DNA from: Perkinsus olseni | Lineage: Eukaryota | Assembly (NCBI GenBank): GCA_013115125.1 | Contig: JABANN010000026.1 | Location: 1-64,000, forward strand | DNA: 64,000 bases | Direction of reading: 5' to 3' | Shown: in pieces, positions 39,701 through 53,559 of the stretch | How positions within the stretch are numbered: position 1 is the stretch's first letter | How the letters are laid out: the number at the start of each line of letters is the position of its first letter | Made by a program: the position numbers and the translations under genes | The notes under the pieces: generated by a model | Seen by the model: only the letters and a program-made list of their open reading frames with translations | Databases searched by the model: none | What the model was told of the DNA's origin: nothing

Positions 39701-42700
39701 ATATGGAAGCAAAGATCGATCAGGAGACGGCAAGCATTGAGAAAGATGTAAGAAGGCCCAGGTTCGAATCCTGGTGAGAGCCTTTCTATGACTCAGACAT
39801 CTCGAGAGGCAGCCCAGGTGAACTCTGAGTTGAAGGATCTTGAAATGACCGCACAGAACTCGGCAGGCCGGGAGGTAGGACGGCGGGCATGCGGAATTTC
39901 GTGACGCGTGACGAGCGGCCTCGCCGACTCGAGAGTGTTGATGAGGACTTGAGATGCTGTATATCTTTCGAGTTGGTATCTTCCTAGCATCAACCTCGTT
40001 GTTATTTTTCCAGCGTCTCCTGGGCATGGAGAAGGTTCGAGACATCGAGCGTCAGCAGGCGGTAATCGAAGAGGCAGAGAAGACGCAACTCAACGACGCG
40101 GATACCGCTCGAGGGCGGAGCGAAGCAGAAATTAATTCGGATATAAGTCTGGCGTCCAGTCAAGCAGAGTGAGCTCGGCGCCCGCAGTAGCGGTGATGAT
40201 GGTACCACTGTGTTGCTGTCGTCAGTGGTAAGCTTGGGAATATGGCTGAGAACGTGAAATCACGGGAGGAGGCAGAGGGGCGGCTGATTGGATCACAGCA
40301 GGCCGACGCTGTCGAACGGCAGGGGAAGATGAAACGTGAGCTTGGCGGGAATGCTACTCCGGGGCACCCAACGGAGACAGCGCCGCATGCCTTTACTCGT
40401 CGTGACTGCGCAGCGATGGCGAGTGGGGTGGATTAATAGGAGTTTCAAAGCCCTCCGAATTGAGACCGATGTTGTTCTGTTGCAGAGGCCCTCTCGGAAG
40501 GCCAGACTCAGCGGTTGTCGGCCTTGGATGCCAACATGGACGAGTTTGCCGACACCAACAAGGAAGAGTACCGCCTCTTGCAAGATCAGCTCAAGCTGGA
40601 GGAGGATGATGAGGAGAAGGGTGGGTTGGCACAGTGGACGGCGACGACCAGTCGCTCTAGTCCACGCTTGGGAGTGGCTACGTTCGGCAGTCTGTTCAGG
40701 GTTGATGACCTCTTCGTCCTTACTGTCGTTGTTGTTGTTGCAGGCGTGAACTCAACCTCAGCTCTGGTGCGTGGCACTGCCGATGCTGTGCACACCTCCC
40801 AGCATCAAATGGAGGCTCTCCACGACGAGGTGGATACGGCCAATGGCAAGGCTAAGCAGGGTCTCGATAATGCTATCAAGGACCTCGAGCACTTGTCGAG
40901 GTTGGAGCAGTGGCAGGAGCCTCGTTTCGACGCGTTCCTCTCTTAGTGGAGGTACAGCGGACATGGCTCATCTGAAGGCCGATGAGACGCGGGACCTCAC
41001 CAACTCTGTGCAGGAAGTGTCCGCGGCAGCACACAAGGACGTCTCCGAGGCTCGATCCACTACCAAGGTGGGTTTCCCTCTTGTGTAGGGCTTCTAGCGG
41101 CGTTGGTGTCAGGGTCGACTGCGGGAAGCTCTTAGTGAGATCCACGCGAAGATCGGGGCGATGCTGGGCAATGAGCAGGAGATGGACAACGCCCTCATCG
41201 CACTGTCGTCTGATGCGGCTAAGGTGAGGGATGAGAGGAAACCTGCTCCTCTACTGTGCCACGAAAACTTTAGTATAAAGACAAAGTATACAAAGTATAC
41301 TTTGTGCGACCAAGAGCAGAGAGGGCGTGGTCACCGTTAGTATCGCGGCTGCGCGCTGGGAATAGGCGATTCGTGCCCAGGCTACGCTAGGTCGCACAGG
41401 AGCCCTCTGCCAAATTCAAACTCTGTGAAAGTTTGCATTTTCCGTTTATCAGAGGCTCTCAACGCGTGGGCTATGGTAGCGGTTTTCAGGCCCAAACCCG
41501 TGCTGGGGAGATGGCGCACAAGAAGGCTGCCGAGCATGATCAGATTCTTGCTTACCTTTCAAATAGCTACCGGCAGAATCGTGACGACATGTCCAAGGTA
41601 AATGGTATGATAGTTAGAGCTTTAGTCGTTCATTAAAGAGGTATCTGGTTCCATTTTACGAGAATGTATTTCTTTTGCAGCTTCCAGCGGAGGTTGAGAC
41701 GAAAGGCAAGAAGCAGCTAAATGAGGCCAGGAGGATGCTGAGTGATGAGATGAAGACCCGCAACCAGGCGATAGCCACCGCGGCCGCCCAGCACATTGTA
41801 GCCCTAGGGAGTCTGGTAAGTTTAGGGTGGTATTGAGGACGACTGCAAGGGTGGGCTATCAGATGAAGTCGGTGATGGACATGCTTATGAAGGGCCAGAC
41901 GCAGGAGGATGCCAAGAGGCGCCTTCTAGTGGACGCAGAGAGCAAGTAAATAGTCCAGGGCGGGTGGGACGAGTAGCAACACAGGGGTGATGGTGCAGGT
42001 TAGCTGACCTCGAACGCAGCAAGATGAAACTGGAGTCCCTCATGGGTGCCTCTGGGAATGGTACATCAGAGATGACGAGCTCTGTTGAAAGGGCCAAGGG
42101 AGCGCTTGAGTAGGTTAACTGTTCTTAACTGTTAGGTCGAGGTTCCTGTCCCTCAGTCACACTCATGTCGACCTACTGCAGCGTCGTGAGGAGATGGACC
42201 AGAGGTTGAAGAAAGGGCTTGTGTTTCTGGACGATCATATCAATAAGGCACACGACTTCCTAGTCTATCACATAAGGAACCTCGAGAAGGCACTGAAGGT
42301 GAGCATGTGAGCAGCATCCCTTCGCGGCTCGATCTTCGGATGGCAGATAATGATAGACCAATTCCGCAAGATGCTGAACGGAGAGGCAGTCACAGCGACG
42401 AAGGCTGAGCAAGAGGACGGCGTTCGTACGGTAAGGAGCAGCAGGGCCTTGACTGTTAGGGGGCAGAATTGAGCCTTGCGTTGTGGAACAGCGCTCACTC
42501 TCGGGGAGGGGATTTCTATCGTCCGGCCTCTCCTCTCCCGGTTCGCTTTCATCGTAAGTCAGCTAATATGATCTTGTTCGTGCTGTGTCCTCGATTCACT
42601 GATCCGCCTCTTCTTGAATGCAGTGATGGAGAGACGACAAGCGCTCCGTGCTGTTCTCTGGTCAAATACACGGAACCATACAGTCCGGCATGATAGATCA

Positions 42701-45073
42701 TAGGCATCATAGGTTGGACAGGCATCTCTATTCAATCGTACGAGTCCTGTTGAAAATATATTCCTCCTGCGTAGAGTAGCCCTCGTGAGGTGGGAGTGTT
42801 CGACCCTACCTGAGATCTGCTTCTGTGGATTGACTTCAGATCAGCTGATAGTCGGAGAGCTCCACAGCCACTGCGTTGGGCGCTCACGGCCGTTGCTGTC
42901 CTGTAGGCACACAAACTGGAGGACGTTGAGGAGGGTCTCGAGAAGGATATGAAGAGAAATAAGTTCAGGCTGGAGAATATACTCAATGTAAGAAGCTGGC
43001 TCGAGGGGGGTCCTCATTCTGGTCGAATGGAACTTCCGGTTGAACCTGCCCGCTATTTCGTGGAATGTGTTTGTAGAACACTGCATCAGTAGTTAAGGAG
43101 AGGTAATAGAGAAAGTCGAGTATCGAGAGAATTGGAGTTAACAACGGGACGCAAGTAACCCACTTAGGTTGATAAGAAGTCGACCATGAACTTTGTCACG
43201 CTGCTGAGCAACCTCACCGTACAAGCTCAGTAAGAGGGAAGGGTGTCTGCCTGCGGGTATGGGCCATGGCGCATCAGGAGTCTCGGCCTGTCGGGGGATG
43301 AGATGAAGAGCTACATCGAGGAGCAGCTGGCTAGTTTATCGGAGGATACGACAGGGGAGATGGGCACTATAGGGGAGGAAGTTGAGAACGATATGACTGG
43401 TTTTAGGTAGGAATGAGGATTCACAGTTGATTCTCTTTAGTAAAGGGTGTGCTATGTTGTCGTTATCAAGAAGTAAGCCTTACGAGTTCGTCGATAGAAT
43501 TGATTCGTCCTAGAGCTGACGCGTGTAGTGAGGTTACGTTGACGCAGACCCAAACCCCATTGGCTCATCTTCCTCCTCTTAGGGCTACAGCCACTGCTGA
43601 TCGGGATAAAGCCAAGAAGGAGATTGCGGTGAGCCTGATAGGAGCACTTCATCTCGCACACCGTGAATCGATCAGAAAAACGATGACGTGCTGAGGCATG
43701 GGGAGGTTGGAGTGTATGGCCAGCTTGATGGCTTCGGTCAGAAGGTCTCGAGCGAGGCAACGGAAGTTGGCAGCACTATGGGGTAAGAATCTTGCAATCT
43801 TGCTCTTCCTCAACGGTCAAGATACCTCTCACGACCAGATACAACACGAAGGCATTGCGTAATCTCCAGCATTTGGCTGAGGGCCAAGTCGAGACATCAA
43901 GCAATGACCTGAAGGCCCTCATCCACACCGTCTCGTAAGGCGGCATGTCGCATCACTATTGAGACGCTTATAGAGCACCCTTATTTCAGTGCTACTAAGG
44001 ACTCAGTGCTGCAGGAGATGGCCGATAGTCACGGGGCTGACATGAGTGCATTGGGGCGAGTGGAAGACGTTGTTGCCGTGGTCGACTCTCTCACTAAGGC
44101 CGCCTTCGATGAGGTGAGGGCCGCCTCTACGGGCTTCGATAGTATTTATGATGTTATCAGATTCAACAGCATATCGGCCGAAGCCGCAGGGAATTCCGTG
44201 AGCTGGACCAGATGCTCGACACGCTCAGCTCCAGTAGGGCCTTGGGAGGCGACAGTTCTTAAGCATTGTAATGGAGTTTATACTACTGCTTCTCTACCCT
44301 TCGAGCGTCCTCACCGGGAGGTGAATTCCCGGAAATATGGTATGAGTAGTTCGCAGTGATAACGAAGGTGCATCTCGTGGTGCATCGATCCATGGGTGGT
44401 GACGGTGCTCACTATGCAGGTACTAACGCATCAACCGCATCCCTGACCAAGGACGTGGAGGAAGACATAATGAAGTCTCAGAAGTAGGCTTCCCTTCACG
44501 GTGGTCGCGGTAGACTGAGTGCTGCAGGTTCATGGACGGCATACGGCCGATATTGGGCCAGATGAAAGACGATGCTGCTGGGTATGAGAAGAAAGATAGA
44601 GACCTTACAGCTGAGTTCATGTGAGCACAGTTGATACCATAACTTCCGATATTCTCCCTGTGTCGTAGGTCTAAGAGACAGGGGATAGTGAAAACGGTAA
44701 GTGATATTGAGAAGGAGGGTAATGAAGAGAGAGCTAAGGTTTGGAAGGACACTATGAAGTGAGCCGATTACGCCTCCTCACTGACACGCTGTCAGCGAGT
44801 CCAGGCTCGCCGGAATTCTTCGGCGGTTGTGGCTGGTGCGGTAGGGATCTCGAACGTCCCTACCATCTCGAGGTTGCACTATGTGTTTAGTATGCGTGGT
44901 CTCTCTCGCACAGGGGGGCATCGGTGGATTTAATGTTGTCATCGATAACCTTGGCGTTCTGATTCCCGAGCGGAGCGTAGCACCTTCCATGCTGTGTCTT
45001 TCTTTGTAGAGAGCTCGGAGAAAAGAACGCAGAATTCCAAAGAATTGTCTCCGAAGCACGCGGGCAAACGTAG
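36788..45073 (+). CDS. Giant coiled-coil protein A (unknown family), dozens of short exons
   Basis: N-terminal GYWGDW|NRFCDGRYWTVTCGQVAF is followed by continuous E/K/A/R/L-rich helical exons. The last exon reads ELGEKNAEFQRIVSEARGQT*. The start is uncertain. Confidence 0.75.
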
Positions 45074-45324
45074 CTTCGAGAATAGCGTCCCTGAGGTCTA
45101 CTTGCCCCATAGTAGAGCAGCTGGTCCTACAACGACATGACGACATCCAATGATATCGTTGTTGCCATGAATAGGGGTTGAGTACTGCTGACAGGATGGC
45201 TCGGAGCGCTTCGATTCGCTGCCGCTGCTCCTTGGTAGGGTGGGGCGCTACTGCTCGCCCTAGTGCTGCCTCTTAGCCTCGATGCAGCTATTACCATTAA
45301 CTTCATTTTCAAATTGTATAAGTC

Positions 45325-48300
45325 ATGAGAAGCCGCCGAAGAGCACCCTTATGGGTCGCTCTAGCGGTCCTCGTCCTCGGCACTCGATGCGTCGACCTGC
45401 CACGACCATCAGCAGCAGCGGCAGCCTACCCTGGGTCGTCGGTGCCAGGGCACAATGAGAGCCCGCTGGTGAATATGACAGCCGAGGAGGTTACCGCCCT
45501 TCCAGTACCTGTACTGGTATCTCTTACGGAGGGAGTATGGCATAGCCTCACTCCTGCTCAAGTGTCGAGGTTACCAGCACGCACTCTGCATTTGATACCA
45601 GTACAAGCTGTTACACTGGATACACTCACCAGCTACCCTCCGAGGACGTTCAAGCACAGCCCACGACCAACTGAGGAGATGATTGCTAATCAACCCTCCA
45701 TCAACGACCAGCAGCGGATACTGTCCAGTCTGAACTCTGATGCTTCCATCAGTCCAGAGGCCCTCCTGCAGGAAGGGGAGGGGCGAGCTCGGTATATGCA
45801 TGCAGGTCCAGCGAGGGGCTATTGGAGTGACTGGACGTACGAATGCTGCTGCTTCGCTCCGCCGTTATGGTGACGTTTAATCTCAGCAACTGGTACTGTG
45901 ATAAGTACTACTGGTGGCAATGGTGCGGCGAGGTCGCCTTCGTGAGAACTAAGGCACTTGCGGAAAGCATCAAGAAGATGTCTGCTAGAGTGAAGAAGGC
46001 AGCGACACAGTGAGTGCCTTTACCGAAAATCGAACCCACCACCTTTCGATATTCGCTCGCACTGGATATTTGCCGTCGTTCCTCAGGCTTGAGAGCCTAG
46101 ATGCCCAGATCGATGGCTTCCGGTTGAACGAGAGCCTCAGGCTCATCGACCCCACTGGAGAGTAGGCCTTCGGTCAACTGTCGTTGTAATACCCGCCCAG
46201 GCACGACGGATTGACTCCGAGAGCAGCATCCTTGTATGAGGCAGTACAGGTGGAACAACCGGCCGTGGTGAGTTAAGAGAGTCTTTCTGCGTGATGTAGA
46301 TGGTCTCTTGATCAGGAAAGCGCATTCAAGGAGAAGTACCCTGAGCTGCATGAATTAGAGGAGTGGGTTGGGTTTCCGATCGTCGATGCGCTCGAATCTG
46401 TTCGACTGGACTGTTGTCTGTTTTTAGCGCTATCAAAGTACAGGTTGATGCGTCGAAGGACATGATGGGAGAGCAGTTCACCAAAGTATGTGAATCTTGC
46501 TCTCTTAGCTCACCTCACGTTTCCTCAATAGAGTTCCGAAGAAGCGAGTGGGAACATCGAGAGATTGGCCAAGCACTTGCTGGAACAGACCGAAGAGACG
46601 GATAAGAATCTACAAAAAGTGAGGCCCGGCGCGGCGATCGTCATAGCTCAGGGTTCTAGTGACGTCGTTTGTTGGGGTGATGAGGCATTGTGACTGCCTT
46701 CAATTGGATATCCATAATCTAACAAACGCTCAAGTGCTCAGTGGGCGATAGAAGGTTGATTAGAGTCTCAGACCATCCTGTTCGTCACTCGGCCCGAAGT
46801 CGTTTCGATAGCGTATTGAGGTATAAGTGCTACAAAATAAGTATCATTATCGCAGTTAGTGGTAGAGCAAGGCAGTTGATGATAATGACGAGTGGGTACT
46901 ACGCGTATATAAGGGAGTACTTAACGATGCTGTAAGGTGATGGTACTCGCCCCCGCTCGTAAATGCCGATGGTTATTACTGGACACTAGCAAAGGGACAA
47001 ATTCAACAACATCCGTTCGTTGTGCTTTCTTCTTTTCCACTCGCCTGATTCTGCACGGTTGAGTGCTACAGGAGTTCAGATTCGTTGGTGAGCTCCCTTC
47101 CTCGGGAAGCCCTAGGCAGTATACATATACTGCGGAGTCTCGCTCTTGAATGCCGCCCCGTTGAAGTAGAGCGGTGGTCAAATCCGTACGACCCTTAGGA
47201 TGTGCTCTCTCCCCCTACTAATGAATTCATCCATTGCGTGTATTCATTTACTCCTAGTAGTGCTGGGGCTCCACTCGTCGTGCCTTGGAATGCTGTTGGA
47301 TTTGTACTCTCTTGCAGTCAGTAGGCAAGTTGAGCAAGGCAGCTATGAGGGTGCTGAGGAAAGTAGCAAGAGGGAGCTCGAGATCTCTAAGGAGGGTTCA
47401 AAAGGACAACGACAGGGTGAGAGGACGGGGACTCACTTTTGTTCCGTACGACTGGTCTGGTCGAGTGGATATGCTCTCGTATTGTCCATCCTACAGTCGG
47501 CGGTTCAACCCCTGGTTCTGTTGTTGTGAACAGCGGCGCTTCCCATAACTTTCTTCAGGCGTGCTAGGACTTCCTGTCTCTTCGTCCTAGGTTGCTAGCA
47601 GGAGCAGTCGCCTCATCGACGACGCCGCGAATATCATAGCGAAGGTGAATAGGATGATGGCCAGTGCCGGGCCTAGAGAGAAGCATCTGCTGATGTACAC
47701 TCCTGTTGTGATATCAAATGGAGAGTGCCATCATGCAGGGCCATGGTGGGGAAGTTGAGGGAGAGGCTGGTACAGGAGCAGGCGCGGCAGCAGAGGCGGA
47801 TCCGGCCATACGAACGGAAGGTAGCAGTGAGCACTCGAGGGCTTAGCTGGAAAGTATGCGGCGCGCTGTCAGGAGGATAGGGCGTTGGATAGGGAGAGGG
47901 GAAAAATCGGTGGTGAAATGAAGAGAGACATGCTGGCTTTGGACGAAGCCGCTGGGGACTTCGCCAAGAGGGTCCGTCGGAGATTGTCTAAGATAGGGAC
48001 TGAGAAGGCTGTGCTTGAACGCACAGGGAGACAGGTAGTGGAGTTGGGATCGTGGAGCACAGTGGAGCCACTGGAACTAAGCAGGACCTGGCCCGAGAGA
48101 ATCGACGTCTGGCCGACCGGCTGCGGTCCGACGCAGCAAGGGCGGAGTCCGCTAGCAGAAGGGCTGTGAATGCTGAAGAGATGCTTGAACGGCAGCTGGC
48201 AGCCAATGAGTGAGTGCCATGGATTCGTCGCTTTGTCAGCGCTGAGGTTGTCTGTCCTCTTCATGGTCGCGCCGTCTATTCTGCTACTGCCAACCCTCGT

Positions 48301-51300
48301 GCATGGGAGAGCCTTCCGTTCAGGAAGGACATGAAGGATCGTAAGCAGTTGGTAGAGGCTGAGCTGCAGCAGGCAGAATCCAGGATCAAAACAGCTGACA
48401 ACCTTGTGGAGAGCAGACTCGTGTCGTCCACTGATAGGATGCAGAGGGGGGTTCGAAGCACTCCATTTTACTACCGCGCTCTCACGTGCCTCTACTAGTT
48501 ACTGGGCGAGTCCGAGCTTCTTAACACCGACTTGAGGGAGGAGGTGGGGGAAGAAGAGCGTAGGGCTTCCAAGAGGGTGCGGATGATCTCATCTTGGTCG
48601 TGGCTCGAGCACCCCTTCCTCTGCTTGTTCAGGATATGTACTTCAATGGCCGGATCGGCGAACTAGCGAAGCAATCCGCCATCGAGAGGGGGGAGGAGGC
48701 GAAAGAAGTGGCTGGAGCTGAGCAAAGCCTCGCGGCTGAGGAGAGCCAGCTGGATCGTGATATTGCCTCAGCGGGGCAGAAACAGGGGTAGGATCGGAGC
48801 TTGGCATGACGAGGCTGCTCACTTGTAGATGATCTCGAATCTCAGGAGTCGAGTCCGTGGCTTCCATGATCACAGTAAAGGGGAAGTGGATCATGAGGCT
48901 CGTGCCATCGAGGATGAGGGGGAAGATGAGGCCTCGCGACTGGCTAGAGTCATGGGTAGGTAATTAGCTGAAGTGACCTTCGGCCGGAGAAGGGGCTGGT
49001 GTAGAACGGCAATCCTGTTGTGATTGCCGCTCTCAGATTCGCTCACAGCGACTGAGCATGCACTGATGAGTTCGATGGGAGAGGACATGAAAGGCATGAC
49101 AGACTCGGGAAGGGAGGAGTTTATGCGGCTTAGGGAGAGTGTTGATAATGCATACGCGGACTCGGAAGATGGTGAGTGCTCCGGGCTATGGTGTCGCTAT
49201 AGTGCTGCTGGTCGCAGGTATGTCCGGGTTCGGCGGGGTTATCAGAACGATCGGTGGAGGATTGCAATCTTCTATCGACGGTCAAAGGGCAATGAGGGAG
49301 GGTTTGCAAGGAACGATAGGCAACCTCGACAGGGAAGTAGACAATGGCAACGCTGCCATCCGGGGTCTTAGCAGGTGAGGACCAGCGGACAAGGCTGCTT
49401 GAATGATACTCGCATGTCCTCAGTGAAAGCTCTGTTGACTTGAAGCACCAATCAGCAGAGTTCAACAAGAAGGGGGTGGACGCCGTGAGAAGTGCTGATG
49501 AGCTCCTAGCTAACAGCATTGACGGAACTAAGGTGGCCATGAAGGTAGTAGGCTTCGTTAGTGTTTCGTCTACGATGTGAATTGAGGATGTTGTGGTATT
49601 GCGATACCTCTTTAAGTGAGCACACTCGAGTCCCTAGTGCAGTTTTTTATAGGAGTGTGGGGCGTATTTGCATGGCTACTGTGCGTTTAGAGATGATGTG
49701 AGAACCTGATCTTTTGATTTGGTGAATCGACACACGAGGACCTTTAACCTTGTGCTGTACTTTCAGGATCGGCAGAGGGATCGGATGGCAGACCTCAGAG
49801 GGATGCTCGGTGACCTGAGCGATACCAAAGGGGGCATATCAGCCATCAATGACGAGACACACGGAGTGCTGTCCAAGGTGAGCGATGCCGCACTGCTGAC
49901 CTGAGCTGAGGTACTAACCTTCAGGTCCGTGGGGAGATGGGTGAGTACAAGCAGCGATTGATAGGAGAGAGTAATAAGTTGGATGCTTTCCTGGCCAATT
50001 CAGAAGGACATGAAGATCAGACAGCTCTCGAGGTCGAGTCGGATGCAGCTGTGGCACTGTGATTTCAGAGGTTCTTCAGGCTACGCACAGCTTCGAGCGA
50101 GAGCAGCTGGCCAGCATAGCAAGGGCAAGGCAACTCTTGGTCAAGGAGATGAGGCACGCTGAGCAGGGCACCTCGGAGAAGGACGTGCAACGAGCGAAAG
50201 AGCTGAAGGCTAGGGTGGGATGCCTTCACCACTGCGGAGCTGCTTGTGACTAGCGTAACCATCAGGTGGTCGAGATTGACAGTATGCTAACCGCTGGTGA
50301 TCGGAGGGGCGTAAAGAACAGGGCGGCACTTGCAGGCGTTGATCATATGTAAGGGGCTCAACGGGTCGACTAGTTTGTCGAAGAGGCCTCGCAAAAACGA
50401 CTATAGCAAATGGCAATAATAATAGCAATGCTGAATAGCAATTCAGCATCACTGCCTGCCCCGTTCACTGTTCGTCCGCTGTTCAGTGGTAATGTTCTGC
50501 GTGACCGAGCCAGTTCCATTCACGAGCTTGGCCTCCAAGAGATGCAGGACGGCAAGGATGAGGATGAAGCGGTCCATAAGATGCGGAGGGACCTAATGTG
50601 AGGTTTCATACTCAGTCCTTGACGAAGCCGGTCTCGCTTGTAGGCAGCAGTTGGCACACTACAGTATCGAGATAAAGAATACTCGAGGTTCCCTAGACCG
50701 TGGAGTGCAGGCTTTGGATAGTGGGCTCCGAGAGAAGACGACGGATATGCGGAACATTCTGAAGATCGGGAAAGAAGGCCTTTCGGTGAGCTGGAGGCTG
50801 CACTGAGCCCCGCGGCAATTGCTCGTTTCAGCGCGTTATCGGAGTCTTTGCTACTATCCTGCTCAGTGCGGCCAACGCTGAGCTGAGGCATATCCTCAGT
50901 AGCAACATGTCCCAGGTAAGGAGGGATTGTGATGGTCTTGATGATAGTGGCTGTTGTGTCAGGAGGAAAAGATTCGAGCCGTTCTCAAGCTGTTCGAGGA
51001 TGGCCAGGGGCGCTTCGGTCACGAGTTTGCGGCGACGGAGGAGGTACGTCATCACCCGTACGGCTGGTCTCTTGATTTAGCTTCACCTCAGGAGCGCCAC
51101 ACTGCTGCCACCAACCTTGCACACGCTCTTGATAGCATCATCAAGCAGGCGGGGTAGGGCTGTTCGCCTGGCTCTGCTCGTGTAACGTGTTCTCGACAGG
51201 GCACTGGGGTTGACCGGGGACGAGATGCATGACTTCGTCCAGCGAGAGCTCGAGAAGGAGGCAGGAGTTACGGCTGAGGAGTTCGACAAGCTCAAGGCGC

Positions 51301-52988
51301 GGCTTGGCGGGGACATCACTAGATTCCAGTGGGGACACACTCATCATCGCTCAATGGGTCGTAGTATGGCGTGAGGGATAATGCTCGCTAAGGACGTTAC
51401 TCTTGGTGCCGTGTTGGGTCGAGCCTTCCCTTCTCGGGGCTCCTTCGTTCCCACACGCCTGCGATATATCCGAGCCAACTTAGGAGAGTAATCATTGTTC
51501 GGACTGCTTCTCATACCTGACCTTCCTGTGTCCCTAAAATCCTAGGCTGGTGTAATGCAGTACCCCTTAGCGCACACTTCGCGTCTGGAAGTACTTTGCT
51601 TGCAATTAACGAGGTGTGCCAATAGTGGGCTCATGCCTTCCCATCTGGCTTGCTCTGCGTCTTCCCCGCTATGATGTTGCTCCTTCGTCAGGGAGATGCT
51701 TGCAAACGAAAAGTCCACGGCCATCGACCTGTTGAAGGCAGGTTATTATCCTCAGCGGGCCGAGCATGAAGCCTTTCACTATTCAGGAGCAGCAAGTGGG
51801 CGAGGCACTCCGAGGCTCCAGCATTGATGATGGCCTGGGTGACTTCGGTAATGCACTGATGCAGGCAGCTCTCATGGACGGTGGTCAACTCGGGTGAGAA
51901 GGGACTGGAAGTCGCCCCACTGATCAGCTGTAAGCTTGTCAGGTACAATGCTCTGGCCACTGGTCGGTACATCACGGATGCCCGATCAACGGGAGGAGTC
52001 TTCGCCCGCGAGGTTCGAGGCCTGGCTCACATGACTCAGTAAGGGTACGGACCTTGACTACGAGACGAGCAGCATGCGTGTGACGCGATCTACGTGTTGA
52101 ACCGCGCCCTGTGCTGCTGTGATCTCGCGAGAATTCGGGAACATCTACATTGGAGGCCGTCTCTGTTTATGAGAGAATTCGTCGTCGCGACACTGGGGAA
52201 AGGATCACTGCTGTATCATCTCAGTGCGATGGACGAGAAGTTGATGGGAGACATAGCAGCACAGAATGGGGCCAACCTAGAGGAAGCGGCTCGGGTAGAG
52301 CACGCCCAAGCAGCCTTCACGTCTTTGGCAGAGGGCGCAATGCAGGAGGTGGGCGCTGGCCTAGCAAAGGGAGCACGCTGACTCCTGATCGAACAGATAC
52401 AGAGTGAGATGAACCGTACAAGGAATGCCATCGACGGGCTTAGGGGCATTGGGGGCTCCAGCGAGCAAGGTGAGCACACAGCCCCCAGGCAGCGGCTGTA
52501 ACACTGATGTGTCTTAGTTAAGAATGAATTGTCGGATATTGCCAAGAGAACGGCTTCCAGCGGGAGGGAGTTGGACAGGTGACGACCTGAGTGGTTTGTC
52601 GATGGCGCGTCGGCATTTTGTGATCGACACAGGTTGACAACTTCTTCTGATCCTGTTTTTGAAGAGATGAGGAAGGAGATCGGTGCATATCAGAGAGGGC
52701 AGCGGGAAACTAAGAGATCTCAACTGTGAGCTAGCCTCTCCCTCCACCATCCCCTATCCGGTCCCCTCAGGAAGGAGAGGAAGAGTATCCAGCAGCGTCT
52801 TGCGGCAGTCGACTCCCGATTGAAGAAGGCCCGAGGCGAGCTGTGGTCTCGAGTGCAAGGGTGGGTAGCACTCGCGAAGGGAGCGCTTTCAGTAGTGTTA
52901 TCCTCTCAGGAACATTGCCAAGGATGTTCAGGCATATCAACAATCGTTTGCTGAGGATCGAGAGGAGTTCAGTCGGAAGGGAGCGTGA
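45325..52988 (+). CDS. Giant coiled-coil protein B with signal peptide; paralog of A
   Basis: Signal-like start MRSRRRAPLWVALAVLVLGTRC, then GYWSDW|NWYCDKYYWWQWCGEVAF and helical exons through NIAKDVQAYQQSFAEDREEFSRKGA*. Confidence 0.8.
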
Positions 52989-53559
52989 TGATGATCATAG
53001 GCATGCTGCGGGGCTATTTAAGTGTCCGAATGGACTTGTTGTTATATACTCTAGTTGTTGTTTTACCAGTGAGGACAGTTCGGTTAAAATTCGGGCGCCC
53101 AAGGTGAAACAATCAGACAAGAGAGCGCGACTCATAGATGGAACACTAAATACCGCTGTGCGCTGTGTTATCCGGCGTGTTCATATATGCCCATTGCGAG
53201 CTGGGTTTATAGCACTGTATCCTAATGCGCATCGAACCCCTTCTGCCTCTGGGTGTGCGCATTGCTCGAGGCACTCGGTAGCTGTGCGGTCTGAGGCCGA
53301 GCCGATAAGGCTGCTCCGGAGGAGAGCACTGGGATGATCATGATTCTCCAAGAGGCCTGCCAGAGATGTTTTGCTGGACCATGCATGCTCTGCTCACCTA
53401 CCACGTGAGAGATGAGCAATTAGCCAATCTCAAAGAGAAAATTATCCCTGGCGGAATGCTGACGCCGCACAAACCCCTCGCCTTTCCGAACGAATCATTC
53501 TCGAGCATAGCCATGTGCTCACGTTTTCCGTATCCCCCGCAGGCACGTCCAACATCCTT

